A DNA stretch of 64,000 nucleotides from a virus (IMGVR_UViG_2974639878_000001:164596-228595), one strand, 5' to 3'. Shown: positions 20,257 to 32,420, counted from the stretch's first letter. Made by a program: numbers and translations. Notes: a model not told the origin generated them from the letters alone.

Positions 20257-20445
20257 CTATTCACTTTTAAATTGCTTAATCATGTATGTGTTATGTTCAT
20301 TCAAGAAATCATTCATAATTTGTAGTGTTTCTACATCTTGAGTTAACTTTTGATTTTCTTTAGTTAACTCGTCACATTTTTGATTAAGAACATAAATCGC
20401 TGCTAATAATAAAAGAATAACAGAGATAACAAGACTAACCAGCAT
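20257..20445 (-). CDS. Small TM plus coiled-coil protein
   Basis: N-terminal hydrophobic helix, heptad pattern, TAG stop. Confidence 0.6.
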   Translation of the reverse strand: MLVSLVISVILLLLAAIYVLNQKCDELTKENQKLTQDVETLQIMNDFLNEHNTYMIKQFKSE

Positions 20446-20446
20446 A

Positions 20447-21136
20447 TTAATTCTCTTCTACAGAAGGCGCTACTGTAGCGCCTTTAAGAGCAGCTAAACG
20501 TTCTTGAGCTGATTTTTGAGTAGTATTGTATTTCTTAACTACTTCTTGACCAACTGGTTTAGTCTTCTCTTTTACACGTTTAATACCCTTATAACGAGAA
20601 GACATTTCATCAGCATCGCGACGAACTTGTTCAATTTGGGCACGTAATCCATTAGGAATACTATCAGAGTGAAGTTCAATTAATGCTTTAGCAGCATCAT
20701 AACGTACTTCAGCTAATGTAAGCGTTTGCTGTGCTTGAACAATGTCTTCATCAATTGTTTTAAGCTCTTCTTCTAGATCTTTAGAATGTTCTACAAAAAG
20801 ATCTAAAGTAGATTGTAATACTTCTAGTTCTCTTTCAGCAGCATCTAATTCACTTGCAATTATTTCTACATCTGAAGTATTACCTTCAGCATCAGCTTGT
20901 AATAAAGCTGAATTTAAAGCTTCAATTTGTTTTTGAGCTTCTACTACTTTACCTTCATATAAAGCCGCTTTACCTTCTGTAGTTTCAAAAGTTTTAACTA
21001 CAGCACAACGAGCTTCATTATATTGCTTTAAAATACGATGACTACGATTTTTAATTGAATCTAATTCATCTAATGTACGATCTAATTTAGATCCAAAAAT
21101 TAAGAAGAATTTTTTGAGTAACTTAAAAAAGTTCAT
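20447..21136 (-). CDS. PspA/IM30-like coiled-coil protein
   Basis: 229 aa all-helical; amphipathic N-terminus MNFFKLLKKFF; C-terminal ERLAALK. Confidence 0.65.
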   Translation of the reverse strand: MNFFKLLKKFFLIFGSKLDRTLDELDSIKNRSHRILKQYNEARCAVVKTFETTEGKAALYEGKVVEAQKQIEALNSALLQADAEGNTSDVEIIASELDAAERELEVLQSTLDLFVEHSKDLEEELKTIDEDIVQAQQTLTLAEVRYDAAKALIELHSDSIPNGLRAQIEQVRRDADEMSSRYKGIKRVKEKTKPVGQEVVKKYNTTQKSAQERLAALKGATVAPSVEEN

Positions 21137-21138
21137 GA

Positions 21139-21549
21139 TTATTCCTTTGTATATCTACGAATTAGTTGTTCACGTCTTGAACCAGTAGTTGACGTATTTA
21201 AGAGAGAAGCTAAAGTTTCAGGATTAAATATCACAGCTGTCTTTTCTCCTCCCATTATCTTATTACGATTAATAGTATCGAATAGAACATGAACTGCTTT
21301 AGGACAAGTTTTTGGATAATTACTCTTTTGTTTTTCAAGCTTATTATACAACTTAGTAATAGTTGGAAATTCATAAGGATTGAAACCTAACAAACGAGTA
21401 ACTGTATCTGTATATGATTCAATTGTCTCTTCTACTGGTGCAGGAATTCTTTTTAATTTTTTATAACGTTTAAATAAAAATACAATTACAAAAAATAGAC
21501 ATTGTGCTAGAAGAAGTCCTAGACAAAATGCAGCAATTTTCTCACCCAT
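21139..21549 (-). CDS. Membrane-anchored hypothetical protein
   Basis: N-terminal TM. Confidence 0.55.
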   Translation of the reverse strand: MGEKIAAFCLGLLLAQCLFFVIVFLFKRYKKLKRIPAPVEETIESYTDTVTRLLGFNPYEFPTITKLYNKLEKQKSNYPKTCPKAVHVLFDTINRNKIMGGEKTAVIFNPETLASLLNTSTTGSRREQLIRRYTKE

Positions 21550-22081
21550 GTAAATTTACCTTTTTATATTTCTTAATTGAAAAAGAGACCCCAGAAGAAG
21601 AGACTTTATCTTCTTGTTCTACTAACTGGAATTCAGAAGTATCTAAGTTATGATTATAGAACTTATTACCATTTTCAATTTCAATACCTACTACTGTAGC
21701 TATTACTTCATCTGGCGGGTAAGACTCATATACTTTTTCACCACCTACTATAAGAATCTCTTCATTAGGATTAGCTTTAATATAATGATCCAATATTGGT
21801 TTAGTCCAATAAGAAATATTATTAGAATCTAATCCATAATCATCAATTAATTGTTGGGCTTTAATTGGATTTTGAGTAATAACTACAATATTACGCCCAG
21901 GAAGAACTTCATGACTTTTTGCATAACCCACTACACTACGAAAAGTATTACTTCCCATATAAATAGTTTTTCCTAAAGTTAATTCTTTAAAGAGTTTTAA
22001 GTCTTCAGGTAAATGCCAAGGAAGACCATTGTCAATTCCAATTACATCATTTAAAGATTTAGCTACAATATGTTTAATCAT
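21542..22081 (-). CDS. folA: Dihydrofolate reductase
   Basis: VIG..NGLPWHLPEDLKLFK, MG..TF.S, LPGR.I, IVGGE.VY. Confidence 0.93.
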   Translation of the reverse strand: MIKHIVAKSLNDVIGIDNGLPWHLPEDLKLFKELTLGKTIYMGSNTFRSVVGYAKSHEVLPGRNIVVITQNPIKAQQLIDDYGLDSNNISYWTKPILDHYIKANPNEEILIVGGEKVYESYPPDEVIATVVGIEIENGNKFYNHNLDTSEFQLVEQEDKVSSSGVSFSIKKYKKVNLHG

Positions 22082-22083
22082 GG

Positions 22084-23043
22084 TTAATCCTCTAGAAGAT
22101 CTCTAAAAATTTGTTCTCTTGTTCGTCCTGTCGTTAAATTAGGAACACGTCCATATTCAGAAAAATCAGAAGGTATTACCCTTGAATTCCTAAGTCTTGT
22201 ACGACTTTCTTCTCGGACATAATACTCATTAAATAGACGAGCATCAGTAGGAGGTAGACAACTAACAGAGCCTATTTCAGTCATAGTTGCCAGTAGTTCT
22301 TGAATTTCTTTTGCCCATAAAGGATCATCTCTAACAATTTTCTTAAATTTAAGAAATGTTCCTTTTTTCTTCGATGGAGGATAGAAAAAAGGAAACCCTA
22401 TAGTTGTAATATCATCCATCATTTAGATAAGTCTCCAAGCAAGGATTAATACCTTCAGTAGTACCTGTAATTAACGTAGGTTGTCTTATAGGATAAGATG
22501 CTGAAGTTAATGTAAACATTGGAGGACTATAAGCTGTATTTAATTCAGCTCTTTGTGGTCTATACCTATCAGATAACATATATCCATAAAGTTGATCAAG
22601 TAAAAGATCATTTATTAATTTGGAAGTTTCATTCCAAGAACCTTCATACACACCATCTAGCCAACATTTAGAATCTTCTTCTATTAAAGGATTAGTATGA
22701 ACAGTAGTCTTAAATTTATTAAGTTTTTGACCTTTATCTTTTTGTTCTTCAGGCTTGGTATATTTATAATATTTAATTTGAATAGGAGTTTCTAGTCTCC
22801 AATTTGAATAATCTCTTCTCATGAATTCCTTTAATATGTAATTGTTTTATGTTTTATATTACCACATTTTTTACATTGTTTAATAAAGGAAACACCATAA
22901 GGAATAGATTCATCTTTTTCGACTAAACTAATTTCTTTAACAACAACGTATTCATGTTTACAACTTAAAAATCTTGAGTACACTATAAACATACATAACG
23001 AGAAAAAGAAGCCAATAAATAATCCAATTATTTCATTAATCAT
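22084..23043 (-). CDS. Three hypothetical genes (22084-22422, 22412-22822, 22831-23043 TM plus CxxC)
   Basis: Abutting ORFs. Confidence 0.55.
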
Positions 23044-23052
23044 ATTAACTCC

Positions 23053-23544
23053 TTAATAAGAGTTAAACACATCTACACTACCATCTGGCTTAATGTGGTA
23101 TGTCTCTTTTTTATTTTTTATTGAGTAATTTAATGTATACCATGTCCCACTTAATTTAGGAGATGGGTCTTCGTTTTCTAAAGTAATAGCAATCATAATA
23201 GAAGATTCATTAACAATATCTCTATTACGAGCAAAGTAAGTTTTATCTTCTCTTACTTGATCACTTTTAAAATCACCTACCAATTTCTTACTGACTGGTG
23301 GATGAGCAACAACAGTAAAGTCATAAAGATCTTTTACTAGTTTTGCAGCTTGAGTATCAACTCCAATACAATCTCCTTGATGAAAGGTATCAAGCATTGG
23401 ATATCGTTCTAGTAGTTTAGCTACAACAGAGAGGAAAGCCTTCTGTTGTAGCTTATTCATACCTTGACGAGTACCTGTGATACCTAAATCAGTAATCTTC
23501 ACCTTGGATACCATAAGTAACTCCATTGATATTTGAAACACCAT
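23053..23544 (-). CDS. SLOG-superfamily (DprA/LOG-like) nucleotide-processing protein
   Basis: GITGTR, HQGDCIGVD, ARNRDIV, SGTWYT. Confidence 0.8.
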   Translation of the reverse strand: MVFQISMELLMVSKVKITDLGITGTRQGMNKLQQKAFLSVVAKLLERYPMLDTFHQGDCIGVDTQAAKLVKDLYDFTVVAHPPVSKKLVGDFKSDQVREDKTYFARNRDIVNESSIMIAITLENEDPSPKLSGTWYTLNYSIKNKKETYHIKPDGSVDVFNSY

Positions 23545-24142
23545 ACATTTTAAGTTCTTTTTTATTTAACTGACGATCATAGTGTTGGACTACAGGATAA
23601 TATTCGTAATTATAACAACGAAGTTCTGGATTCCAAATTCTTTTAGATGCAGTAAACCAATAAAACATATATGGTGAAGGTTTATAAAAATACCCATCTT
23701 TTAAAATTAATTTAACACCTTTTACATTTATTTCAAAGCGACCTTTCTCTTTCAATTTAGAAGGAGACCAACGACAAGAAGGATAACGAGATCGTACTAA
23801 GATTCCATTTTCAATTTTAAAATCAAATGGTCGATAACTAATAACACCTTTTTCAAGATCTTTTAAGTAATGTAATGACCAATTCTTGAAAAATTTATTA
23901 TGTTTAAACTTAGAATTATTAATAACCTTATATCTAACTTCAGAGAAAGGTTTATTCTCATATTTAGCTAAAAGTCTTTCAAAGTAGTTTCTAACTTGAT
24001 CAAAATTATTGTGTTCAATACGAGCTACTTTGAAATCAATATAATCCCAATAGTTTTGTTTCTTGTGTTGTAATGTAAAACTTTCTTTTGTATAGATAGG
24101 TAGTTTAGATAGCTTTTCAGCTTTTTGATAGCAATTATTCAT
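23489..24142 (-). CDS. Hypothetical basic protein
   Basis: 217-aa ORF with GGAGGTG SD. Confidence 0.6.
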   Translation of the reverse strand: MNNCYQKAEKLSKLPIYTKESFTLQHKKQNYWDYIDFKVARIEHNNFDQVRNYFERLLAKYENKPFSEVRYKVINNSKFKHNKFFKNWSLHYLKDLEKGVISYRPFDFKIENGILVRSRYPSCRWSPSKLKEKGRFEINVKGVKLILKDGYFYKPSPYMFYWFTASKRIWNPELRCYNYEYYPVVQHYDRQLNKKELKMYGVSNINGVTYGIQGEDY

Positions 24143-24206
24143 TTACACCTCCGTTAGTAATTGCACTAATGAGGGTGTAAACTCCTATGATTAAATAAAA
24201 TCATAA

Positions 24207-24800
24207 TTAACGACGAGAGGAACGACTACTACTTCGAGTACTATATGACTTAGTTTTTGATAAGGTTGTATAAGACTTTTTAGTAGTAATATTAATAGGT
24301 TTCCTACTAACTGTTTGAGGAGCTTTTTTAAGACTCACAGTCGAGGGAATAGAGCTAATAGTGGAAGGTTTATTAGCGGGCAAAGAAGTTTTAGATGGAC
24401 TATCAGTAGAAGTAGTCTTTACTGGTTGACTATTGTAATTGTTAACTACAACAGTCTTTTTAACCACAGTTTGTTTAGGTTGTCTAACATAATTCTTACG
24501 ATCATAATCATTAGAATTATTAGCAATCATATGACCAGCTACAGCACCTGCAATACCAGAAAGTAAAACATCACTACCAGTATAACCACTCTGAGAAGCT
24601 ACAGCTTGAGCTTGCTGAGGGTTTTGTTGGTATTGGGTAGTAAGAGCAACCCATTCATCTAACGTGCCTGTATATCCATCTGATTGAGCTTGCTTGTACG
24701 TAGTAACAATTTTACTACTTTCATAACTCTCTGGAGCTTTTGTACAACCAACAAAAGACATAGATATAGCAATTACAGAACAAAGAAAAAACTTTTTCAT
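24207..24800 (-). CDS. Lipoprotein with S/T/R-rich disordered tail
   Basis: Lipobox FVGC; GYTG repeats; C-terminal SSSRSSRR. Confidence 0.75.
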   Translation of the reverse strand: MKKFFLCSVIAISMSFVGCTKAPESYESSKIVTTYKQAQSDGYTGTLDEWVALTTQYQQNPQQAQAVASQSGYTGSDVLLSGIAGAVAGHMIANNSNDYDRKNYVRQPKQTVVKKTVVVNNYNSQPVKTTSTDSPSKTSLPANKPSTISSIPSTVSLKKAPQTVSRKPINITTKKSYTTLSKTKSYSTRSSSRSSRR

Positions 24801-24843
24801 TTCAATTTCCTTAAAAAATAAAATTTAATACAACAGTAAGTAT

Positions 24844-26256
24844 TCATTTAATAACAACTATATCTATTTCAGTTGTAATTTGAATTGTTAAAGGGGTAAA
24901 AGAATTAATAATAGAATCTATTCCAATATTAGAATATTCTTTAAAATCTAATTTGTGATTTAAAGGAAAACGAGTAGCATGATTAATACTATCTGTATAA
25001 GTAATGTAGTGATGTAGCTGATTAAAAGCTTCTCGAAATTCAATTACTTTTAAATAACGACCTTTTAAATCTTTATATATTTGGTGTTGAACTACTTCTT
25101 TAGTTTTTAAACCATTAGGAAGTTCACCACTACCATACCCATCCCACATTTCCATGCTATACCTCGTTTAACGAACATAAAAGAAAGCTATAAGAAGACA
25201 AATACAAATAACTAATATAACTGCTAGAATATTTGTATAGTCTTTAGGCTTATCTTTTTCCATTTTAAGTTTAGCTTTAGCCTGACACTTATTCCAAATT
25301 TCTTGATCTCTCACATGACAATCATATACATAATCAAAGAAATTACGGTTGTTTGTAAAAGCTTGAGAAAGATTTCTAAAAAGGTTTTCTTCTGTGTATC
25401 CCGTTTGAACTGTTGTAGTTAAAGCTTGATTAACAGATACTACAAGAGAATCAGGAATTTTATGGTCATTATAATATGAAGCAAATCCATATTTATAACG
25501 TAACCACCAATATCCCATATGTCTAACTTGTAAAGCATTTAATTGTTTAAAAACTTTTGTATGACATGCAACTATAGTTTTAGCTGAAGGATTTGTTTTG
25601 CAGTAATGTAAATACTGTTCATGCCAGCTATCTCTTAATTCTTCTTCAGTTAGCATCATCTTCTAATATCTCAATAAAAGGGTGTTGATTTCCAGAGGAA
25701 TCAATAAGCGTAACACCTACATGATTCCCATCATCCCCTTTAAAACCAACATATACAGCTGTAAAGCTAATAACTTTATTAACTACAGTGTAAGGCTTAT
25801 TGATAGAAACTTTTCCACCAAATGTAAGATAAGGTTGTTCAGTAAATTGAATAATCATGTATAAATTCCAACTCGTAATTTCTCTGAAAGTTTTAAATCA
25901 TAGTCATTGAAAGCACCAGCTCCATAAAGAACATGAGTTCTTTCTTCTAAACTTTGAAGAATTTTATAACGAAGAGTAGAAGCGTATTCAATATCTTGAT
26001 GAATTCCAGGTCGAACAAAGTTACACCAATTAATGTACATTGTAAAAAACTCTGAATTATCAATTGGCTCTTTTATTCTTAAGAACTGTTCTACTTCTTC
26101 AACTTTAAATATTTGCTCAGTCTTAGAGTAAGTATTAAAGAATGTATAAGAAACAATTTCACCTTTTTCATTCTTTGTTATCTTACGACATACAAATCGA
26201 ATCCAATGCTTAGCTTCTACTTGAATTATGTATTCACGTTCTTTTCTGAAATTCAT
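24844..26256 (-). CDS. Four hypothetical genes (24844-25155, 25168-25659, 25646-25858, 25855-26256)
   Basis: Abutting ORFs. Confidence 0.55.
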
Positions 26257-26259
26257 AAC

Positions 26260-26517
26260 TTAACCTTTATAGTTTTTTAAAACTACTAAACATTTATCCC
26301 AATTCTCTTGAGCACCATTCCAAAAGCCAACTGATGTATCAAATATTTTACTTAACTTCTTACAATCTTTGTCAGTTAATTTTCTTCCACTTGTAACTAA
26401 TGTTACAAGATAATTGATGTGCTTTTTACGAATATTGCCAACTTGTAATTGCATACAAAGCATTTTTAAAATTGCTTCATAAGGATTATCAGGTTTAAGT
26501 GGAGTAATAAGACTCAC
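26260..26517 (-). CDS. HigA-like HTH protein
   Basis: GRKLT...KLSKIFDTSVGFWNGAQ..WD resembles the HigA C-terminal half. Confidence 0.6.
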   Translation of the reverse strand: MSLITPLKPDNPYEAILKMLCMQLQVGNIRKKHINYLVTLVTSGRKLTDKDCKKLSKIFDTSVGFWNGAQENWDKCLVVLKNYKG

Positions 26518-26930
26518 GAGATTTCCTTAAAACTTAAGTCGTTATTAAATAAAACAACTCGGATAGCGACAATATGAGGAACTGCACCCATTGAATTTGA
26601 ATTGCAAAGGTCTGTATCAACATCCCACAATCCTGTTAATCCTTTCGTATCAAGGATCTCTTGATAACGATTAATTAAACTACGATCAATTAGATTACAT
26701 TCTTCATCAATAGTAGGATGATACTCAATTGTAATTTCTTCTAAAATCTTAGAGTACACATCTGAAGGTTGCCAAGTTCCATCTATATAGACATGCTGTT
26801 GTTCATTTTCCTTGGCAATGAAGATTGTTCCATACTTATCAGCACATAAACAATGAGTTGCATATTTCCAAGGCTTTTTATTCATGTCATCAGTGATAAG
26901 CATAATGCACCTATTGAGATTTAGGAACAT
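26514..26930 (-). CDS. Hypothetical protein
   Basis: ORF on the coding strand. Confidence 0.5.
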   Translation of the reverse strand: MFLNLNRCIMLITDDMNKKPWKYATHCLCADKYGTIFIAKENEQQHVYIDGTWQPSDVYSKILEEITIEYHPTIDEECNLIDRSLINRYQEILDTKGLTGLWDVDTDLCNSNSMGAVPHIVAIRVVLFNNDLSFKEIS

Positions 26931-27330
26931 CCGTTAAGTCGACTTTTACATCAACATCAGGAATAATTGATTGAGGTTTAAAGATAACGCGATAATGGTA
27001 TGCACTTACATTAGCACTATTCAATTGTTCACTAAAGTAAGTAACATTATCAGATAAGCCTAATGAATGTTTTTTATATTCATTAGGCCCAGTCTTACAC
27101 ATTACATCAACTTTACGTCCATTTTCATTAGGAGTAAAAGAACACTTACCTTCAATACTGAGAATGTAATCACTCGTAATCCCATTATAGAACACAATAC
27201 GACGATCAATTTCAAAGTTATCAGCAGCTGTAGCTATATTTTGTGATACTGTTTGAGCATCATTTTGTCCACAAGCTGTTAACGCTAAAGCGGACATAGC
27301 AATGCCAAGTCCAAGAGTTAATTTTTTCAT
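26911..27330 (-). CDS. Conserved phage beta-sandwich lipoprotein
   Basis: Lipobox LTAC; NFEIDRRIVFYNGIT, YKKH.LGLSDNVTYF. Confidence 0.8.
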   Translation of the reverse strand: MKKLTLGLGIAMSALALTACGQNDAQTVSQNIATAADNFEIDRRIVFYNGITSDYILSIEGKCSFTPNENGRKVDVMCKTGPNEYKKHSLGLSDNVTYFSEQLNSANVSAYHYRVIFKPQSIIPDVDVKVDLTDVPKSQ

Positions 27331-27493
27331 TATACCATCCAAGGTTTAAACCAATGTAAAGAAATTAAATACATAATAAAAAGTATTAACCAAATGCTTA
27401 AAGTATTTCTTAATATTTTAACTGGTTTAATTAAAATAGAACTTAATACAACTACTAATATATAAACTAGTAAACCAATTGAAGACCATACAA

Positions 27494-28351
27494 CTAAGTT
27501 GTCCATACATTACTCTCTATATAAGACTGAAGTTGTTGAGAAATGTTGTCAAATTCATCATCATTTGTATAAAAGAATGGATTAGTATGATGACCAACTT
27601 GATACCAACCTTCAGCTTCTTTTACTTTACGAATAACACCTAAAGAGCGACCTTCCTTGTCTTCCATTTCCCAACCAAAACGTTCTTCATATAATGCAAT
27701 ACCACAAGGAGAAACGTAAACTAATGGTTTTCGAACAATTTTACAAACGGAATAGACATAGATTAAATCAATATCAGGTTCATTATAAAGATAGTCAGCT
27801 TGGGATTTTTGATTTCCAATATAACTTCCCCACTTTTCCCAACGCCAGCCACCACTTGGAGGTTGATGTTCTTTAAAAATAGGAGTTAAGAAAATACAAT
27901 ATTCATCATCTTGTTGTTCAAGCCATTTATACATTCGATAAACTTGATCTTCATTATCACAAACACCATAACCTTTAAAATAATATTGATCTGTATAGGT
28001 CTTTTGAAGCTTTTGTAATTCAGCTCTAGAAAGATCTTTAACAGCATCCCAATGTTTTAAATGAAATTCAGTCTGACGGAAACCTAGCGCTTTACGAAAC
28101 TTACGATTTCGTTGATCAATTGGTTTACTTAATTTAATACGAGTTAAATGAGTTTCAATTTCGTATGAAGGGGGAGTACAAATATGTGGGTTTAAACTAC
28201 CACAGATCATGATACCTTTATATTTTGTTGCATAGAATCTTTCTCCATTTTGATAATCAATATACTTATGCATTGATTCTTCTGGAAAAGCTTCTTTAGC
28301 TTTTAGAGCATATACAGGATGATAGTGTTCAGAAGTAACATTACTTAACAT
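27494..28351 (-). CDS. Conserved jumbo-phage hypothetical protein
   Basis: YGVCD...QP..GGWRWEKWGSYIG motif. Confidence 0.65.
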   Translation of the reverse strand: MLSNVTSEHYHPVYALKAKEAFPEESMHKYIDYQNGERFYATKYKGIMICGSLNPHICTPPSYEIETHLTRIKLSKPIDQRNRKFRKALGFRQTEFHLKHWDAVKDLSRAELQKLQKTYTDQYYFKGYGVCDNEDQVYRMYKWLEQQDDEYCIFLTPIFKEHQPPSGGWRWEKWGSYIGNQKSQADYLYNEPDIDLIYVYSVCKIVRKPLVYVSPCGIALYEERFGWEMEDKEGRSLGVIRKVKEAEGWYQVGHHTNPFFYTNDDEFDNISQQLQSYIESNVWTT

Positions 28352-29801
28352 TTTCAGATATCCAAGTTTGAATAGCAGATGGAGAAGTTAAATTTACAAC
28401 AACATTTAACTCATATTTATTATTAGAAATTTCATAAATAACTAAACGAGAAGCTTCTGATAAAATTGAATCAGGTAACAATGATGTAAAATTATCATGA
28501 ACAGAAGCCATAAGAGTAAAACCAGGTCGAGATGGAGCTGTGTCTTTCCAACTATTACTATACAAATGTAGATCAACTGTACTTAATCTATTCCTTCTAT
28601 TAAATCCACTCCCAAATCTCCAAGTTTCAAAAAGACTACTATAAAAGGCTACAACGTATCTTTTATCTCCTTTCACAACTTCTGAAAACTTCATTAAAGG
28701 TTTAAGAATATTCATCGTAGACAAATTCCTAGAGTCTTTTCTAGAGATTCTATTGTTGGTTGATGAATATCATATATAAGTTTTAATTCATCTTTAGAAA
28801 TGAAAGTCTTTTCTGTATCAAAAAATGAATATACTTTAAAAGATGTAATAGCGGATGCAGGAACTTGCATAATATTTAAAATTGCAGCACCTTTTAACTT
28901 ATCTAAGCTATCAATTGGATAAGCATGTCCAGAGACATTTTCAATCCTGATAATCCTAGAAGGTAACTCTGAAATTCCACTATTTAAATATACTTCATGT
29001 AGAATTCCAGCGTTCGAAACCATTACAGAACAGATATACTGTTGAGGGTTAGAAAATCTGCTTAATCGTCGCATTCAATCTCCAAGGCTTCAAATAAAGA
29101 TTTAATAGTTGGATTAGTAAGCCTATGAAGAAGTGACAATTCATTTTTTGCATACACTTTATTCTCATAAGGAGGTAAAGCATATATTTTAATTAGATAA
29201 ACACTTCTTCTTGGGTCTGAAAGTATTTGTAAAAGATTAGATTGTTTTAATACATTAGGATCTGTAATAACAAAAGCTAATTGAAGATAAACAGGCATAT
29301 CACTTGTTACTGAATGATTAATTGTAACTCGACGTACAGGATTTTCAGTTAAAGAGTGATATAAAAATACTTCATTAGAATCAACTAAAGATTGAATAGA
29401 GATAACATATTCCACATGAGATTTAAATTTCTTTAAATATTTTGTCTGATCCATTCTTCTATCTCTTCTTGGGATTTCAGATTTGCAATAAGAGAAGGGT
29501 ATTCATAATACTCTTCAAAACCATAGATTTGAATTGATGTTGATCTTTCAATAAGAGACTTACTAAGTAAAGCTATAAAATTTGTATGAACTGAAGTTGT
29601 TAAATTTGCAGAGCAAATGTTCTCATGAAACTCAGGAAACATTCTACGAACATTAATACAAGCAATTCGATTCTTGGAATTAATTGCGGATGCATAAATC
29701 CAGTCCGAATCCAAACTATCTTCATAGAGTTTGGATTTAAAAAGAGCAAAAAACTTAGAAGGAAATCTTACAGAAGGCTTAAATATAGATAATATTCTCA
29801 T
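28341..29801 (-). repeat. Second paralog family, block 1 (four genes of 120-130 aa)
   Basis: N-termini LMKF/RLSRF/LKKFK/LSIFK; SVHxNFxxLL motif in 28341-28724 and 29433-29801. Confidence 0.7.
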
Positions 29802-29933
29802 ATATAGCCTAGGTGTTTTAAAAACATATATGTAATAACAAAACCTAAACCAACAGCAGATAGATTAGTCTTAGGTTTTTCTACAAATAAACTAATTAAA
29901 ATAAAAAGAGAACCTAAAACTAAAAAGGGCATA

Positions 29934-31013
29934 CTATTTCCTTAATTCGTTAGGAACAATTCTTTTAAATCGCCAATGGTTACTTCCATCAGCAATATGA
30001 TTTGCTCTAACTAATTTACAAAGTTTATTTCGAAATTCAGAATAATGAAAAGATTTAGTTGTACGAACTACTATACCTTCATGTCCTGCTTTAACAACTT
30101 GTTTAAATAAATCATTAATTACAACTTCATCGTATGGTCCTCGATATATTTCTTGAACCATTGTCATACCTAACAATTCAAACCATTCTTTTGTATCATC
30201 CCAAGATAGACATATGTCCTTATCCCACACTTGGAATCCGTACAAATATGAATCTAAATCTTGATAATGAATTGCATGTTTAGCATATAAATTCTCTGCA
30301 TAGTAACGCATACCTTCAGGAATATTATAAGCAATATGTTGATAATGGAAGTTCTTTGCCCAAGCACGAGATTCATGATCTAAAGAATCGATAGAACGAG
30401 CATGACAATAATCGGGGTATCCCGCAAAGTTCTCTCCATCCATTTTAATAGTTATTACAATTTCATCAGATACTAAATGATGTGATATATTGTAATTAGT
30501 TTTATCATCTTCAGTTTTATGAGCACTTAAAGGATGATGATACGAACGAGGATACTTGTAATAATGAGTAAATTCATCTAGTACTCCGCCATCAGATAAA
30601 ACTTTCTGAACTGATTCATCATAGAATAATGGACCAGGCATTCTCTTACCATTAAGAAGAATGATGTTACCCCATTTATCATATTGATGATCAGGGTACA
30701 TATATTCAGGAAGAACAACTTTTTGAGCTCCTACCTTCTCTCTTACTTCATCACAACTAATAACTGTTTGTTCGCACTTTAAATGACAAGAATCACAGAC
30801 GGTACCAGCGTTTTCGATATGATAGCCAAAACAATCCGAAAATAAACGTCTTTCGACAATGTGATGCACAGATAATTTCTCTGTACTACCACAGAAGATA
30901 CACTTGTGGTTGTCTCTTATTAAACCTTGTTCTCTAAATTCATCTCTAGATAAAGGTTTCCCATCTGTTCCATGACAACCACAAATTGTTGAGTGAGGTT
31001 TACTAGATTTCAT
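29934..31013 (-). CDS. HNH domain fused to ATP-dependent RNA ligase (Rnl2-like)
   Basis: RDNHKCIFCG..VHHI..N..VCDSCH; KYPRSYH, KMDGEN, EGIVVR. Confidence 0.85.
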   Translation of the reverse strand: MKSSKPHSTICGCHGTDGKPLSRDEFREQGLIRDNHKCIFCGSTEKLSVHHIVERRLFSDCFGYHIENAGTVCDSCHLKCEQTVISCDEVREKVGAQKVVLPEYMYPDHQYDKWGNIILLNGKRMPGPLFYDESVQKVLSDGGVLDEFTHYYKYPRSYHHPLSAHKTEDDKTNYNISHHLVSDEIVITIKMDGENFAGYPDYCHARSIDSLDHESRAWAKNFHYQHIAYNIPEGMRYYAENLYAKHAIHYQDLDSYLYGFQVWDKDICLSWDDTKEWFELLGMTMVQEIYRGPYDEVVINDLFKQVVKAGHEGIVVRTTKSFHYSEFRNKLCKLVRANHIADGSNHWRFKRIVPNELRK

Positions 31014-32316
31014 ATTGGATTACCTTTTATTACTTTAATAATATCCCATCTAGAGACACCTTGATCAAATATAGTAACTTTAAAAGAAGAGAAGTTAACA
31101 GAGTTATTATCATCGACTTCATATTCACATATTGCAATCTGATTGACACTACTAAAGTATGGTGAAAAATCATCAACAATTGTTTCTAATGAGGATGTTA
31201 ATGTTATTGAACCAGTATGATTAAAATTATGTTTTTCTATTTGAACCCTATTAGTTCTGAAATATTTTAAGCCTTGACATGACTTTAATGCCATACCATG
31301 CCAATTTTCAAAGTAATCAGGAACAAATGAATTTAAACGATAGAAAAGTCCATAGTACTTTTGAGTACATAATTTATATTTTTCTAAGTATTTCATTTTG
31401 TTCCTGTCTAATTAAATTTCTGTAGAATCTAATTGAAGAACAATAGTTTTAATGATAGATTCTTCGTCTACCATACGAAAAACAAGATGCTTAGTTACAA
31501 CTAATTCTTCAATTTGTTTTTCAGTTAAATTATAAAAATAATTTAGTTTAGAAGTTAATTCTTCCCGACCATTTGCAATTAGAGGTAGGTTATCTCCAAC
31601 TTGGACAGATACTAAATATAAAGTAGCCATAATTATTCCTTAAATAATTAATTTAAAATGCTCTGGATTACTATCCAAATTTAAAGTTTCACTACGACCA
31701 TAACAAGCTAGCCCATTAGTGAATCCAGCACTTAACTTTTTACGAAAATTTTCATCTACATACTGGACGGCATCAAACATAAAATCATGGTTAATACTTT
31801 TACTAAATAGTACTATTTCCTGAACACCATTTTCATTTTCCATACAAATATATTTCAATTCATCACGGAACATTGGTTTGTAGTCTTCAATAACTTCAAG
31901 AATTTTACGTTCTGGTCTAATCCAAATCCCACGAGTTCCATGTTTAATATATTGAAGATTCTCTCTAAAAGCTTGAAGACCAATAGATGAAGAAACAATA
32001 AAAACTTCTTCTTGTTCAGTGTGGAGATTTAAAGTTTTAATCTTGATCATCAAAAGTTATCTCTTGTTCAATAGATAATAATTTAGCTTTAATTGCTTTC
32101 GTTGCCTCTTCTAAGAAGAAACCACGTTCATCGTCTTCAAAGTAACCATCACCTTTTGTATTAGCAGAATATATAGTTTCTCCACCACAATCAGGATAAT
32201 CAACACGAAAGTGACCATGACGAAGTCTTAAATAACCAACTTGAATACCATTGGAAAAGACTTCATATTGTTCAGGACAAGCTGTACATGTTTGTACAAA
32301 TGTAAACTCAGTCATA
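31010..32316 (-). CDS. Four hypothetical genes (31010-31396, 31412-31630, 31640-32053, 32037-32316)
   Basis: Abutting ORFs; the last has CTACPEQY..GYLRLRHG. Confidence 0.55.
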
Positions 32317-32420
32317 TTATTTCTTCTTAAAAAAGAAACGAGTAATGAGTCCACCAATAATAGTTTTGACAACAAATAAAGTGACTGTTTTAAATATAGA
32401 CCACATATAAATTCCTAAAA

